Shown here one piece after another: positions 49,147 to 60,339 of a DNA stretch of 64,000 nucleotides (positions are counted from its first letter, which is position 1; the number at the start of each line of letters is the position of its first letter). The stretch is from Desulfuromonadales bacterium. Lineage in GTDB: Bacteria; Desulfobacterota; Desulfuromonadia; Desulfuromonadales; SZUA-540. The notes under the pieces were generated by a model. The model did no database searches. It saw only the letters and a list, made by a program, of their open reading frames with translations, and had not been told where the DNA came from. The stretch is from positions 235,685 to 299,684 of the forward strand of contig JAWSUS010000001.1 in the NCBI GenBank assembly GCA_033549025.1, read 5' to 3'. Made by a program: the position numbers and the translations under genes.

Positions 49147-49587
49147 TTAAAAACCGATCCGGTGCCCCATGGCTTGCACGCGGCTGGTATCGTTTCCTGT
49201 AGATTCAATAACATAGCTATGCGCCCTGAAGATGCCAGCGGAATAGCCGGATCCTCGTAAGGACTTACCACCACTACTGGCACCATCGTAAGTGACCACG
49301 GCATCGAAGCTGAGGTCGCCGACGGCCACATCGGTCATGGTCGCGGGCGTTGCTGAATCGGTATTGTCATTGCTGTACATATCCGGCGAGCCGATCACAT
49401 AAGCGAGACCCGTTTCAGCGGCGTAAAAAGCATTTTTGTAGAGCCGGTCATTGCCGGCGATGCGTAATTCAGTCGTGGTATTATTCCCGGCAAACAAACC
49501 GATGATGGTCAGTACCGTCATCAGCAGCAGGGCGAGAATCAGAACCGACCCTTTTTCGCTCTTGAATATTTGCAGCCTTTTCAACAT
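49147..49587 (-). CDS. pilX: Minor pilin PilX
   Basis: EKG|SVLILAL (no Glu5), E..IAGN......AFYAAE.G. Confidence 0.88.
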   Translation of the reverse strand: MLKRLQIFKSEKGSVLILALLLMTVLTIIGLFAGNNTTTELRIAGNDRLYKNAFYAAETGLAYVIGSPDMYSNDNTDSATPATMTDVAVGDLSFDAVVTYDGASSGGKSLRGSGYSAGIFRAHSYVIESTGNDTSRVQAMGHRIGF

Positions 49588-49611
49588 AAAAATCCCTCGT
49601 TAACTGCTAAA

Positions 49612-50046
49612 TTAAAAGCCGCCATTCGCTTTTACAAAATCAAAAACAACCCGCTTGTTCTGCAGTTTTTTCTGCCAGGTTACGATAACGCGTACGGTTT
49701 TGGTGTCCACCACGGGCTCATCTTCCGCCACATTCCACCATACATCGTATGTTTCACCCATCAGATCAATACCTGGTTGCGAGGCATCCGCCACCGCACC
49801 TGTGGCATCCAACCCGACCAGGCCATTCGCATCCGCATCATCCAGACTGTCGTCGTCGTAAGGAAGAATCATCAGCTCTTCGATCTTGCTTTGCGCCAGG
49901 GTGGTCGCCTCGGTCACATCACGCGCTGTGGTATTGCCTTCCATGGAGACAATCTGCATTTGGGCCAGAGCCAGCATGCCGACAGCGAAAATAGTCAGCG
50001 CGATAAGTACTTCGATCAGGGAAAAGCCTTTTTCGTCACGTATCAT
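49612..50046 (-). CDS. pilV: Minor pilin PilV
   Basis: EKG|FSLIEVLIAL.IFAVGMLALA.MQ, A..LAQ.KIEEL, K.V.V.V.W; ATG 50046 (GTG 50058 alternative). Confidence 0.88.
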   Translation of the reverse strand: MIRDEKGFSLIEVLIALTIFAVGMLALAQMQIVSMEGNTTARDVTEATTLAQSKIEELMILPYDDDSLDDADANGLVGLDATGAVADASQPGIDLMGETYDVWWNVAEDEPVVDTKTVRVIVTWQKKLQNKRVVFDFVKANGGF

Positions 50047-50054
50047 CACACCCC

Positions 50055-50933
50055 TCACAGCCCCAGATTCCTGCTATTGACCATGGCATTCAGCAGGCGA
50101 TATCGAAAACCTGTATTTGCCGGCACATTGACCCCGGTACCGCTGATTACATAACCGGCACTTGGCTGTATAACCTGGCTACCGACGGCATAACGCCGGC
50201 TGTCGACAAAGCCTCTGGCCTCCACGCCGGTGCGGGCCAGCACCCAAACCTGCACCGCACGGATATTGGCAAGATCAGCCACGATGCCGGTATCGACCGC
50301 ATTGACCACCCCGTTATTATCGGTATCATCGGCGGCAGTAACCTGACCATCACCGTTGGCGTCTAAATCGTGCCAATTGCCATTGGCTCCGACAATGGCC
50401 CAGTAGATGCGACCACCGGCATCGGCGGCAAGATTTTCGTCATCGACATTTTCTACAAAGGCATAGGCGAAACCCAGTCCGACGATATTCTCCGCAACGG
50501 CTTGTATGGCACCACCATCGGTGGTTCTGCGTCCCAGGCAGGGAATGCCGCCGCTATCGAAAAGTTCATAGGTCAGATATTCGCCGTCATCATCAAGGTC
50601 GTCATCCTCATTTGCCGGATTATCTTCGCGCGCATTGAGGTTGAGAGTAAATTCGATGCGGTCGGCCTCAGCCGCCTCAAAGCCGGCCTCCACGAACCCG
50701 TCACCCACATAGCCCGCCAGACGCATCTCACGTAGCATCAGGTCGAAACCGGCCCGCAGATTCTGCTGCATGGCCACCACCTGCTCCTGCTCGATATAAA
50801 CCTTGTTCTGGGAGAAGAAGGTCGTAAAGAGGGCAGTGCTGACGATGCCGGCAACTGCGAGAGCCACAAGCAGTTCAATGAGAGTGAAGCCCTTATCGAA
50901 CCGGGCACATTTTTTATGCGGAAATCTGACCAT
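50055..50933 (-). CDS. pilW: Minor pilin PilW
   Basis: KG|FTLIELLVAL, QQNLR..FDLM.REMR.AGY, AENI..L.F.Y, IRAV.VW.LART, C-terminal RNLGL. Confidence 0.9.
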   Translation of the reverse strand: MVRFPHKKCARFDKGFTLIELLVALAVAGIVSTALFTTFFSQNKVYIEQEQVVAMQQNLRAGFDLMLREMRLAGYVGDGFVEAGFEAAEADRIEFTLNLNAREDNPANEDDDLDDDGEYLTYELFDSGGIPCLGRRTTDGGAIQAVAENIVGLGFAYAFVENVDDENLAADAGGRIYWAIVGANGNWHDLDANGDGQVTAADDTDNNGVVNAVDTGIVADLANIRAVQVWVLARTGVEARGFVDSRRYAVGSQVIQPSAGYVISGTGVNVPANTGFRYRLLNAMVNSRNLGL

Positions 50934-50942
50934 GAAAAACCC

Positions 50943-51425
50943 CTATTCGATTCGGGCCCGGCCGGCAGGTTCCAGCCTGAGAGTAAAGATGCTTGCTGGG
51001 CCACTGACAACGACCGACCCATCGCGTCTGGAGATACCGCGTGAATCAAAACCAGTGATCTGTGTACCGTCAAAATCGGCATCGGAAAGTTGAACCCTTG
51101 GCGGCATGTTTAAGGTGCTCACTACCGTTTCGCCGGCCTCAAAAACCAGCCCGTTAGCCCCATCATCAACAAAGATACGAACCACTCCAGCCCCCCCCGT
51201 ACCATGAACAAATTCTACGGCCACCGGCCGAGCCCGCCGAACCGCTTCCGACCGCGCCTGTTGCAGTGCGCTCATGACATCGCGAGCTGCGCCCTTGGTC
51301 TGATAGCGTTCCATGAAGGTTCTTATGTTTGGCACGGCAACAGCGGCGATGATCGCACCGATGGCCACGACGACGATGACTTCTATCAGGGTAAAGCCTC
51401 TTTGGTTATTCTGCTCGCTTGGCAT
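50943..51425 (-). CDS. fimU: FimU/FimT minor pilin
   Basis: QRG|FTLIEVIVVVAI, Q.AR.EAVRR, F.SRG, GR; ATG 51425 with AAGGA RBS. Confidence 0.85.
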   Translation of the reverse strand: MPSEQNNQRGFTLIEVIVVVAIGAIIAAVAVPNIRTFMERYQTKGAARDVMSALQQARSEAVRRARPVAVEFVHGTGGAGVVRIFVDDGANGLVFEAGETVVSTLNMPPRVQLSDADFDGTQITGFDSRGISRRDGSVVVSGPASIFTLRLEPAGRARIE

Positions 51426-51464
51426 TACATATCCTTTATTTTGTGGGGTCACCAAACATCCTTA

Positions 51465-51480
51465 AGCAAAGCTCATGCCA
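51465..51480 (-). promoter_or_regulatory. sigma54 (-24/-12) promoter of the minor pilin/PilY1 operon
   Basis: Minus strand TGGCATGAGCTTTGCT, 40 bp upstream of the fimU ATG. Confidence 0.85.
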
Positions 51481-51584
51481 TCCAATATCACCTCAATTGG
51501 ACCCCTTTTTTCCGCCCTGTTAAAAAAGGCAGACAACAGAGCCCGCATAGATACGCAATTTTTGCGCACCTGGATGCAGTCTTT

Positions 51585-52945
<1,361 letters not shown>

Positions 52946-52949
<4 letters not shown>

Positions 52950-54436
52950 GCCTGCTCCTCGGCCTTTGGCAGCCGTACGATGAATTCACTCCCCTGCCCC
53001 GGTCGCGACCGCACTTCGAGGCGCCCGTTGGCATCGGCCACCAGCCGCTGACAGACCGCAAGACCCAGCCCGCGCCCCTGGTCGGGGGCCTTGGTGGTAA
53101 AAAAGGGATCGAAGATGTGGGACAACACCTCGGGGTTCATGCCGCAGCCCTCGTCGCGCACGGAAAGCCGGATCTCCTTGCCATCCTCGCCGCCCGTCAG
53201 CGTAATAAGGCCCCCCTCTGGGGAGGCATCGCGAGCATTGAGCAACAGGTTGATAAAAACCTGTATCAGCTGGTGACGAACCAGGCCCACCGCCGGCAGC
53301 AAGACCGGCAGACCGTTTTCCAGACGCAGTCCCTCGAACGCCCCCTGGGAGCTGAGCAGTTCCACCGCTTCGCGCACAGCAGCCACGGGTTCGAAAACCT
53401 GGCGGTCGCTGCGGGAGGGGGAGGCGTAATCGAGCAGATCCCTGACCAGACGGTCGATGCGGCCGGCCTCGACCAGGGAACGTTCGACAATGTCGCGCTG
53501 GGTTCCTGCCGGCAGTTCCCCCTTGAGAAAGTCGAGGTAGCCCATCAGCGCACCGAGGGGATTGCCGACTTCGTGAGCCATGCCGGCGGCCAGCTGGCCG
53601 ACGGAAGCCATCTTCTCGGAGCGGATCAGCTCGGCCTGGGTCTGGCGGATTTCGGCGTTGGCCTGCTGCAGGGCGGCAATGTGGGCCTGCGTCTCCTGCC
53701 GGCTCTGCTTGAGGGCCGCCGCCGTGGCGTTAAGGGTGTCGCCCAGTTCGGCCACTTCTCTAGGACCATGGATGGCCGGCGCCGGCTCGAGATCGCCGGC
53801 AGCGATGCGGCGGGAGTGATTCTGCAGGGCCCGAATCGGCCGCACCACGGCGCGGTGCAGAAAGTAGAGGCCGAAGAGCACGAGAACTGCACCGTAGAGG
53901 GCGACATAAAGGGCCATTATCCTGTAGGTCGCCTGCACGCGGGCGCGCACATCCTGCAGGGAGAAACGAGCCTGTAGGGCGCCCTGGAACTGACCGGGAC
54001 GGCCGAGGGGCACGGTCATCACCACGTAGCTCTTCGCGTCGGCGCCGGACCAGGGCAGCAGGGAAGGATAATGGAGGCGCACCGCCGGCTCGCCGGTCAG
54101 CCGCACCTGGGCCAGGGGTCTGGCGTCAAGGCCAAAGTCCGGCGCGACCTCTTCGCCGGCCAGCGGCTCAAGTTCCCGGTTGGTCCAGACCCAGCCATCG
54201 ACGGCATAGCCGGCCGGCAGCCCCTGAAACAGCGGCGGCACACCCTTTTGAGCCTGCTCATGGTCGAGACTGCGGCTCAGGGTATTCATGAGCGCCGTGA
54301 TCCCGACCAGACGCTGATCGAGCAGCTCTTTTTCGGTAAGACGGACAAAGAGGACACCGGCAAAGAGGAGCGCTGCCGCCATGAGGAACATGATATTGAC
54401 GATGATCTCCGTGCTCAGTCCAGCCCTGATGCGCAC
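52946..54436 (-). CDS. HAMP-domain sensor histidine kinase (PilS2-like)
   Basis: 2 TM, periplasmic domain, HAMP, MAHEVGNPL, NLLLNARDA, DEGCGM, GRGLGL; ATGA overlap with the regulator. Confidence 0.92.
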
Positions 54437-54555
54437 TCTCGCTCCCCCTTTTTCCTGACTTGGACCACGGCTTCCGTCGGCGTCATTTCGAAGTCGCCAA
54501 AGCCGTTGAAATCTGCTAAAGTCCGTCCTTACTTTTTCTGGAAAGGATTTCTGCC

Positions 54556-54765
54556 ATGTCCCGCATACCCGTTGTCGATCAGGATGAATGCATCAGCTGC
54601 GAAGTCTGTGTCAGCATCTGCCCCGAGGTTTTCCGCATGCAAGGCGAGGGAGACGATCATCACCATCACAAATCCTTCGTCTACAACCCCACTGGCGCCC
54701 CAGAGGAGAAGATCGAGCAGGCCATGGACAACTGCCCCGCCGCCTGCATTCACTGGCAGGACTAG
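54556..54765 (+). CDS. Monocluster [4Fe-4S]/[3Fe-4S] ferredoxin with His4 insert
   Basis: CISCEVC...CPEVF and distal CP..CI; RBS AAGGA. Confidence 0.92.
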   Translation: MSRIPVVDQDECISCEVCVSICPEVFRMQGEGDDHHHHKSFVYNPTGAPEEKIEQAMDNCPAACIHWQD

Positions 54766-54810
54766 ACGGATCGGGGATTCATTTTGGCCCCTGACCTGCG
54801 AGGCCAGCCT

Positions 54811-56007
54811 GTGACCTTGACCGCCAACATCCGCAAGCTCTACGCCTTTTCCTTTCTCAAGATGGCCCTCTTTCCCATGGCCATCATCACCCTGTTCTGG
54901 AAGGACCACATCGGGCTGTCGCTGAGCGAGATCCTGCTGCTGCAGGCCATCTTTTCGCTGGCGACCCTGCTGATGGAGTACCCCTCGGGCTATCTGAGCG
55001 ACCGCCTGGGCTATCGCCTCACCCTCAGCCTGGCCTCGCTGCTGGGCATCGCCGGCTGGAGCTGGTACACCGTCGCCGGCTCCTTCGCCGGTGTGCTGGG
55101 GGCCGAAATCCTGTTGGGCATCTCCTACGCCTTCATCAGCGGGGCCGATAGCGCCCTGCTCTTCGAAACGCTAAAGGCCGACGGCCAGGAGGAGCACTAC
55201 GCGCGCATCGATGGCCGCATGACGGGCTGGGCCCAATTCGGCGAAGCGGCCGGGGCCCTCTTTGCCGGCACCCTCTACGCCTTCGCTCCCCTGACTCCCT
55301 TCTTTCTGCAGATTGCCGTATGGGCGCTGGCCTTCCTCCTCTCCCGCACCCTGCGGGAACCGCCGCACCTGCGTCAGGGAGCTCCCGCCGCCGGTCTGAG
55401 CGAGGCCATCCAGATCAGCCGCCACGCCCTTTTGGAGAACCGCCGGCTGCGCTACGGCATCGCCCTGGCCGCCCTGCTGGGACTGGCCTCCTTCATCCCC
55501 GTCTGGCTCATTCAGCCCACCATGCAGCTTGCCGGCGTGCCTCTGGCCTGGTTCGGCCCGGTGTGGGCCGGGGCCAACCTGACCGTCGCCCTCTTCTCTC
55601 TGCTCAGCCACCGCCTCAGCTTCCACCTAGGCGACCGTGGCATGATTGTTCTTTGCGTGGGACTGGTGATCGCCGGCTATGTCGGGCTGGGGCTGGTAGA
55701 GAGCGTCTGGGGCTTCGTGTTCTATTATCTGCTGACCGCCATGCGCGGCCTGCAGGGGCCGCTGCTGCGCCACCACCTGCAAAGGGAAAGCCGCCCCGGC
55801 ACCCGCGCCAGCATCCTGTCGCTCAAATCCCTCGTCTTTCGCCTGCTCTTTGTCGGCAGCAGCCCGCTGGTCGGACATCTGGCCGACAGCCAGGGGCTGG
55901 GCACGACCTTCCTGCTGCTCGCCGCCGCCTTCGCCCTGCTCCTGCTCCCCTTCTCCATCCTCTTTGTGCACAGCCAAACAACCGCCCCAGACGCCGTGAA
56001 GGATTAA
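54811..56007 (+). CDS. MFS transporter
   Basis: ~12 hydrophobic helices, E.PSGYLSDRLGYR motif A, SGADSALLFE, RASILS; start uncertain (54784 TTG or 54811 GTG). Confidence 0.9.
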   Translation: MTLTANIRKLYAFSFLKMALFPMAIITLFWKDHIGLSLSEILLLQAIFSLATLLMEYPSGYLSDRLGYRLTLSLASLLGIAGWSWYTVAGSFAGVLGAEILLGISYAFISGADSALLFETLKADGQEEHYARIDGRMTGWAQFGEAAGALFAGTLYAFAPLTPFFLQIAVWALAFLLSRTLREPPHLRQGAPAAGLSEAIQISRHALLENRRLRYGIALAALLGLASFIPVWLIQPTMQLAGVPLAWFGPVWAGANLTVALFSLLSHRLSFHLGDRGMIVLCVGLVIAGYVGLGLVESVWGFVFYYLLTAMRGLQGPLLRHHLQRESRPGTRASILSLKSLVFRLLFVGSSPLVGHLADSQGLGTTFLLLAAAFALLLLPFSILFVHSQTTAPDAVKD

Positions 56008-59000
56008 TCCTCTCCCGCCTCACGTCCCTTGACCCGCGCCAGCAGGGACTGGGACAGGGAATAGAGGACCGGCACCACGACCAGAGTGAGCATGGTGGCG
56101 ACGGCGAGACCGAAGATCACCGCGATGGCCATGGGTCCCCACCACTCGGCCGACTCGCCGCCGATCTCCCAGGTGAGGCTGCGGAAATCGAAACTCAGAC
56201 CCACGGCCATGGGCAGCAGGCCGAGGATGGTGGTCATGGCCGTGAGCATGACGGGGCGAAAGCGCACCACCCCGGCCCGGATGAGGGCTTCGTTCAGCTC
56301 CAGCCCCTGTTTGCGCAGCTGGTTGATGTAATCGATAAGGACGATGGCGTTGTTGACCACCACCCCGGCCAGGGAGATGACACCGATGCCGGTCATGATG
56401 ATGCCGAAGGGGGTCACGGTGACCAGCAGGCCGAAAAAGACGCCGGACAGGGAGAGGACCACCGAGGTCATGACAATGAGGGATTGGGACAGCGAATTGA
56501 ACTGGGTGATGAGAATCAGGGTGATGAGGAAGACCGCGGCCAGAAAAGCCTTGCCAAGAAAGGCGGTGGCCTTCTGCTGCTCTTCCTGCTCGCCGGAGAA
56601 GTTGACGCGGTAGCCAGCCGGCAGGTCGAGGCCGGCCAGACGTCCCTGCACCTCGCGCAGCACTTCGTTGCTGTTGCGGCCGTAGGTGTTGGCCGACAGG
56701 GTCACCACCCGCTTCTGGTTGAGGCGACGGATGGAGCCGAAGCCAGTGCCCAACTCCACCTGGGCCACCGTCGACAAGGGGACGGGAGCGCCGGCCTGGG
56801 TCGGAACCAGCAGGTTTTCGATATCGCTGAATTCCCGGCGGCGGGGCTCCGGCAGGCGGGCGACGATGTCATACTCGTCCTTCCCTTCCCGGTAGACGCC
56901 GAGCTTGCTGCCGCTGATGGCGGCCTTGACGGTGCGGGAGATCTCGGCCGTCGACAGGCCGAGCAGACTGGCTTTTTCACGGTCGACCACCACGCGGATC
57001 TCCGGCATGGCCATGGAAAAATCGTCTTTCAGGTCGACCAGACCGGGCACATCCTGGATAAGGGCCTTGGCCTGGCTGGCTAGCGCCCCCAGGGTCTCGA
57101 CTTCCTCGCCGCTGATTTCCACGTTGACCGGCGGCCCCGTGGGCGGCCCCTCCTCCTGTTTTTCCACCTTGATTTCCGCCCCGGGAAAGGGCACCACCGC
57201 CTGACGGATACGGGCGAGAACGGCATTGGCGTTTTCCTGACGGTCACGACGCTCCTGAAAATCCAGGGAGATCTTGCTCATGTGGGCCTGCCCCGTGGAG
57301 CCGCCGCTCTCGCCGCTCGACCCCACCCCGACCTCGGCAATGACATAGCGGATATCCGGCTCCTGCAGCGCAACCTCTTCCACCGCCAGAGCCAGGGCGT
57401 TACTGGTGTCGAGATTGGCCCCTTCCGGCGCCTTGATCTCCACGAAGGCCCGGTTGGGCTCGGTGTCGGGGAAGAGCTCGACGCCGTGACCGAAGACGGC
57501 GTAGATGGCCATCAGCCCCACCAGCGAGACCACGGAGGCCAGCACGACCAGCCCTCGAAAACGCAACGCCACCTCCAGCGTCCGGCGATAAAGCCGCAGG
57601 ATGAAGGGCTCCCGCTGTGCTCCGGCAGCCCGCTCGGAGGGCACCCGCATGAAGCTGGCGCAGACGACGGGGTTGATGACCAGGGCGACAAAGAGGGAAG
57701 CGCTCAGGGTCACGATGAGGGTCAGGGGGAGAAATTTCATGAATTCCCCCATGATGCCCGGCCAGAAGATCATGGGGAAAAAGGCGCACAGGGTGGTCAG
57801 GGTCGAGCTGATCACCGGCCAGCCCACCTCGGATACGGCCTCGCGGGCGGCGGCGAGGCGTTCCTTGCCTTCCTGCATGTGACGGTAGATATTTTCGACA
57901 ATGACGATGGCGTTATCCACCAGCATGCCCAGGGCCAGAATCAGGCTGAAGAGCACCACCATATTGAGGGTGATACCCATCGCCTGCAGAATGGTAAAGG
58001 AGAGCAGCATGGAATAGGGGATAGCCAGGGCGACAAAGAGAGAGTTGGTGAACCCGAGGAAGAGAAAGAGGACGAGAATGACCAGAATGAGGCCGTTGAG
58101 GATGTTGTTTTCCAACTCGGCGACGATACGGCGGATGTCCTTGGACTGGTTGAGGGTGACAGCGAGCTGCACCCCTTCCGGCAGCAGACGCTCCGCTTCG
58201 CCGAGCAGGGCGAAGACCTGGTCGGCCACGGCGATGATGTTCTCTCCCGTTCTCTTTTTGATAGAGAGGGTGACGCTGTCGCGGCCATTCAGACGGGCGT
58301 AGCTGGTGCGGTCCTCGAAACTGTCGTGGACCGTGGTGACGTCCTTGAAATAGATGGGACGGCCGTCGCGGCTGACCAGCACCAGGTTGTCGATCTGGGC
58401 CGGGTCGGTGAACTCGCCGGGGATGCGCAGCAGATACTTGCCGCGGCCGATGTCGATACTGCCGCCGGGGATGTTGACGTTCTCCCGCTGGATGGCGGCG
58501 AGAATTTCGGAGAAGGAGAGTCGGTAGGCAGCCAGACGCTCGGGGTCGAATTCCACCCGGATCTGCCGTTCGCGTGCCCCGGCCAGCACCACGTCGAGCA
58601 CCCCGGGAATCTCCTCGATGCGATCTTCCAGCTCCTCGGCCACGGCCTTGAGGATCCGTTCGTCGACCTTGCCCGAAACGGCCACGGCGAGGATGGGAAA
58701 CTCGGAGAGGTTGATCTCCAGAATGGAGGGGTCATCCTCCAGGTCATCAGGGAGTTCGCCTTTGGCCTGATCGACCTTGTCGCGCACCCACTGCAGGGCG
58801 TTTTCAATATCGACATCGGGGGTGAATTCGATGGTAATCATGGAAGAACCCTCGGCGCTGACCGAGCGGATTTCCTCCACGTTCTTCAAGCCTTTGAGTT
58901 TGCGTTCGATGGGCAGGGTAATGAGGGTTTCGATGTCGGCGGGAGCCACCCCTTCGTAAATGGTCTGCACCAGCACATAGGGCACGGTGATGTCGGGACT

Positions 59001-59108
59001 CGATTCCCGGGGCAGGGTCAGATAACTGTACAGGCCGCTGATGACGGCGATGACCATGAGGGCAAAAACGGTGCTGCGGCGGCTGATGGCGGCATCGGTG
59101 ATGAGCAT
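56004..59108 (-). CDS. RND efflux permease (AcrB/MdtB family)
   Basis: ~1035 aa, GMLVDNAIVIVENI, GIMGEF, GVVVNNAIVL, RFRPVMLT, PMAIAVIFGL; ATG 59108. Confidence 0.95.
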   Translation of the reverse strand: MLITDAAISRRSTVFALMVIAVISGLYSYLTLPRESSPDITVPYVLVQTIYEGVAPADIETLITLPIERKLKGLKNVEEIRSVSAEGSSMITIEFTPDVDIENALQWVRDKVDQAKGELPDDLEDDPSILEINLSEFPILAVAVSGKVDERILKAVAEELEDRIEEIPGVLDVVLAGARERQIRVEFDPERLAAYRLSFSEILAAIQRENVNIPGGSIDIGRGKYLLRIPGEFTDPAQIDNLVLVSRDGRPIYFKDVTTVHDSFEDRTSYARLNGRDSVTLSIKKRTGENIIAVADQVFALLGEAERLLPEGVQLAVTLNQSKDIRRIVAELENNILNGLILVILVLFLFLGFTNSLFVALAIPYSMLLSFTILQAMGITLNMVVLFSLILALGMLVDNAIVIVENIYRHMQEGKERLAAAREAVSEVGWPVISSTLTTLCAFFPMIFWPGIMGEFMKFLPLTLIVTLSASLFVALVINPVVCASFMRVPSERAAGAQREPFILRLYRRTLEVALRFRGLVVLASVVSLVGLMAIYAVFGHGVELFPDTEPNRAFVEIKAPEGANLDTSNALALAVEEVALQEPDIRYVIAEVGVGSSGESGGSTGQAHMSKISLDFQERRDRQENANAVLARIRQAVVPFPGAEIKVEKQEEGPPTGPPVNVEISGEEVETLGALASQAKALIQDVPGLVDLKDDFSMAMPEIRVVVDREKASLLGLSTAEISRTVKAAISGSKLGVYREGKDEYDIVARLPEPRRREFSDIENLLVPTQAGAPVPLSTVAQVELGTGFGSIRRLNQKRVVTLSANTYGRNSNEVLREVQGRLAGLDLPAGYRVNFSGEQEEQQKATAFLGKAFLAAVFLITLILITQFNSLSQSLIVMTSVVLSLSGVFFGLLVTVTPFGIIMTGIGVISLAGVVVNNAIVLIDYINQLRKQGLELNEALIRAGVVRFRPVMLTAMTTILGLLPMAVGLSFDFRSLTWEIGGESAEWWGPMAIAVIFGLAVATMLTLVVVPVLYSLSQSLLARVKGREAGED

Positions 59109-59109
59109 G

Positions 59110-60210
59110 TCAGTCGCCTGCCACCTTGACTTTGGCCCCATCCGTCATGAGCTGCTGCCCCTTGACGACCAGGCGTTCTCCGGCAGAGGCTCCGCTGACA
59201 ACGACCACCTTATCCCCAATGACGGCCCCGAGCTCAACGGGGCGACGAAAGACGGCTCCTCCTTCTTCGACAAAGAGGAACTTCTGCCCCTCTCTTTCAA
59301 CGACAGCATACAACGGAACCGCCAGCACATCGGGGAGACTGCGGCGCACGATGCGGGTGCGCACGATCATGCCGGGGCGCAGCAGACCGGTGCCGTTGTT
59401 CACCTCGATCTTGGCCAGGTAGGTCTTGGTGGACGTATCGGCTTTATAGGCCAGATGGATGATCTCTCCCGGCAATACAATCTGGGGCAAACCTTCAATA
59501 GCCGCCTGCTCGATGCGCACCTGGTCGCCGACCTTGACGAAGGCCACATCTTTTTCCGGCACCTCGATGAGCACTTTCAGGCGGTCGACCTGAATAACCA
59601 CGGCGGCGGCAGTCCCCTCCTTGACATATTCCCCCCGATCCACCAGCAGACGGTCGAGCCAGCCGGCCACGGGAGTTCGCAGAGTGCTTTTTTCCAGGGT
59701 CATCCGCAGGCGCTTGAGCTCGGCGTCGGCCACGTCAAAGACATTGATGGCCGTGTCGAGCTCCTGAGCGCTGACGAAGTTCTGTTCACGCAGGCGCCGG
59801 ATCCGCTCCAGCTCTTTCTGCCGCAGGCGATAATCGGCCTCGGCTCGTTCCAGGCTGGTCTCCAAAATGTCCGTATCCATATGCAGGATCGTCGCCCCCG
59901 CCTTGAGCTGATCGCCTTCCTGGGGGCCGATCTGCCTGACGGTGCCGGCGACTTCGACGGAGAGGGTCAGGTCCTCCCAGGCTTCCAGCGTGCCCGGCAG
60001 GGTGAAGGTCTCTTCGAGATTTTCCGGCTGCAGTACCTGCACCTCTACCGTGGGGATCTGTCCGGGACGCTCAGCGGCAGCGGCTGTTTCCTGCTTGTCT
60101 TTATCGCTGCAACCCAACAACAGCGCCAGAGAAAACAGGGCCAGGGCCCCTCGGATCAACAGGCGGACAGAAGCTGTGCCTTGGTTGCACCGGCAAAAAT
60201 CGACTTTCAT
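59110..60210 (-). CDS. RND efflux periplasmic adaptor (MFP)
   Basis: Lipobox LLGC, biotinyl-like/hairpin pattern, LRPGM, VP..AV, G..GE.LVVKG. Confidence 0.93.
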   Translation of the reverse strand: MKVDFCRCNQGTASVRLLIRGALALFSLALLLGCSDKDKQETAAAAERPGQIPTVEVQVLQPENLEETFTLPGTLEAWEDLTLSVEVAGTVRQIGPQEGDQLKAGATILHMDTDILETSLERAEADYRLRQKELERIRRLREQNFVSAQELDTAINVFDVADAELKRLRMTLEKSTLRTPVAGWLDRLLVDRGEYVKEGTAAAVVIQVDRLKVLIEVPEKDVAFVKVGDQVRIEQAAIEGLPQIVLPGEIIHLAYKADTSTKTYLAKIEVNNGTGLLRPGMIVRTRIVRRSLPDVLAVPLYAVVEREGQKFLFVEEGGAVFRRPVELGAVIGDKVVVVSGASAGERLVVKGQQLMTDGAKVKVAGD

Positions 60211-60339
60211 GGGTGATCCCGTGATGATAATTAAATGATAAAATTAAAGTTGCTGCAAAACCCGCGCACAGGTGCGTATTATTGATTACAGGCTGACAGG
60301 GGTCAAGACAAAACCTGAAGAGATAAAAGGAGTTTTCTG

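Noticed and set aside
60254..60270. Possible sigma54 promoter for the RND operon
   Set aside because: TTGCA is present on the minus strand but the -24 GG is missing (TGTGCGC)
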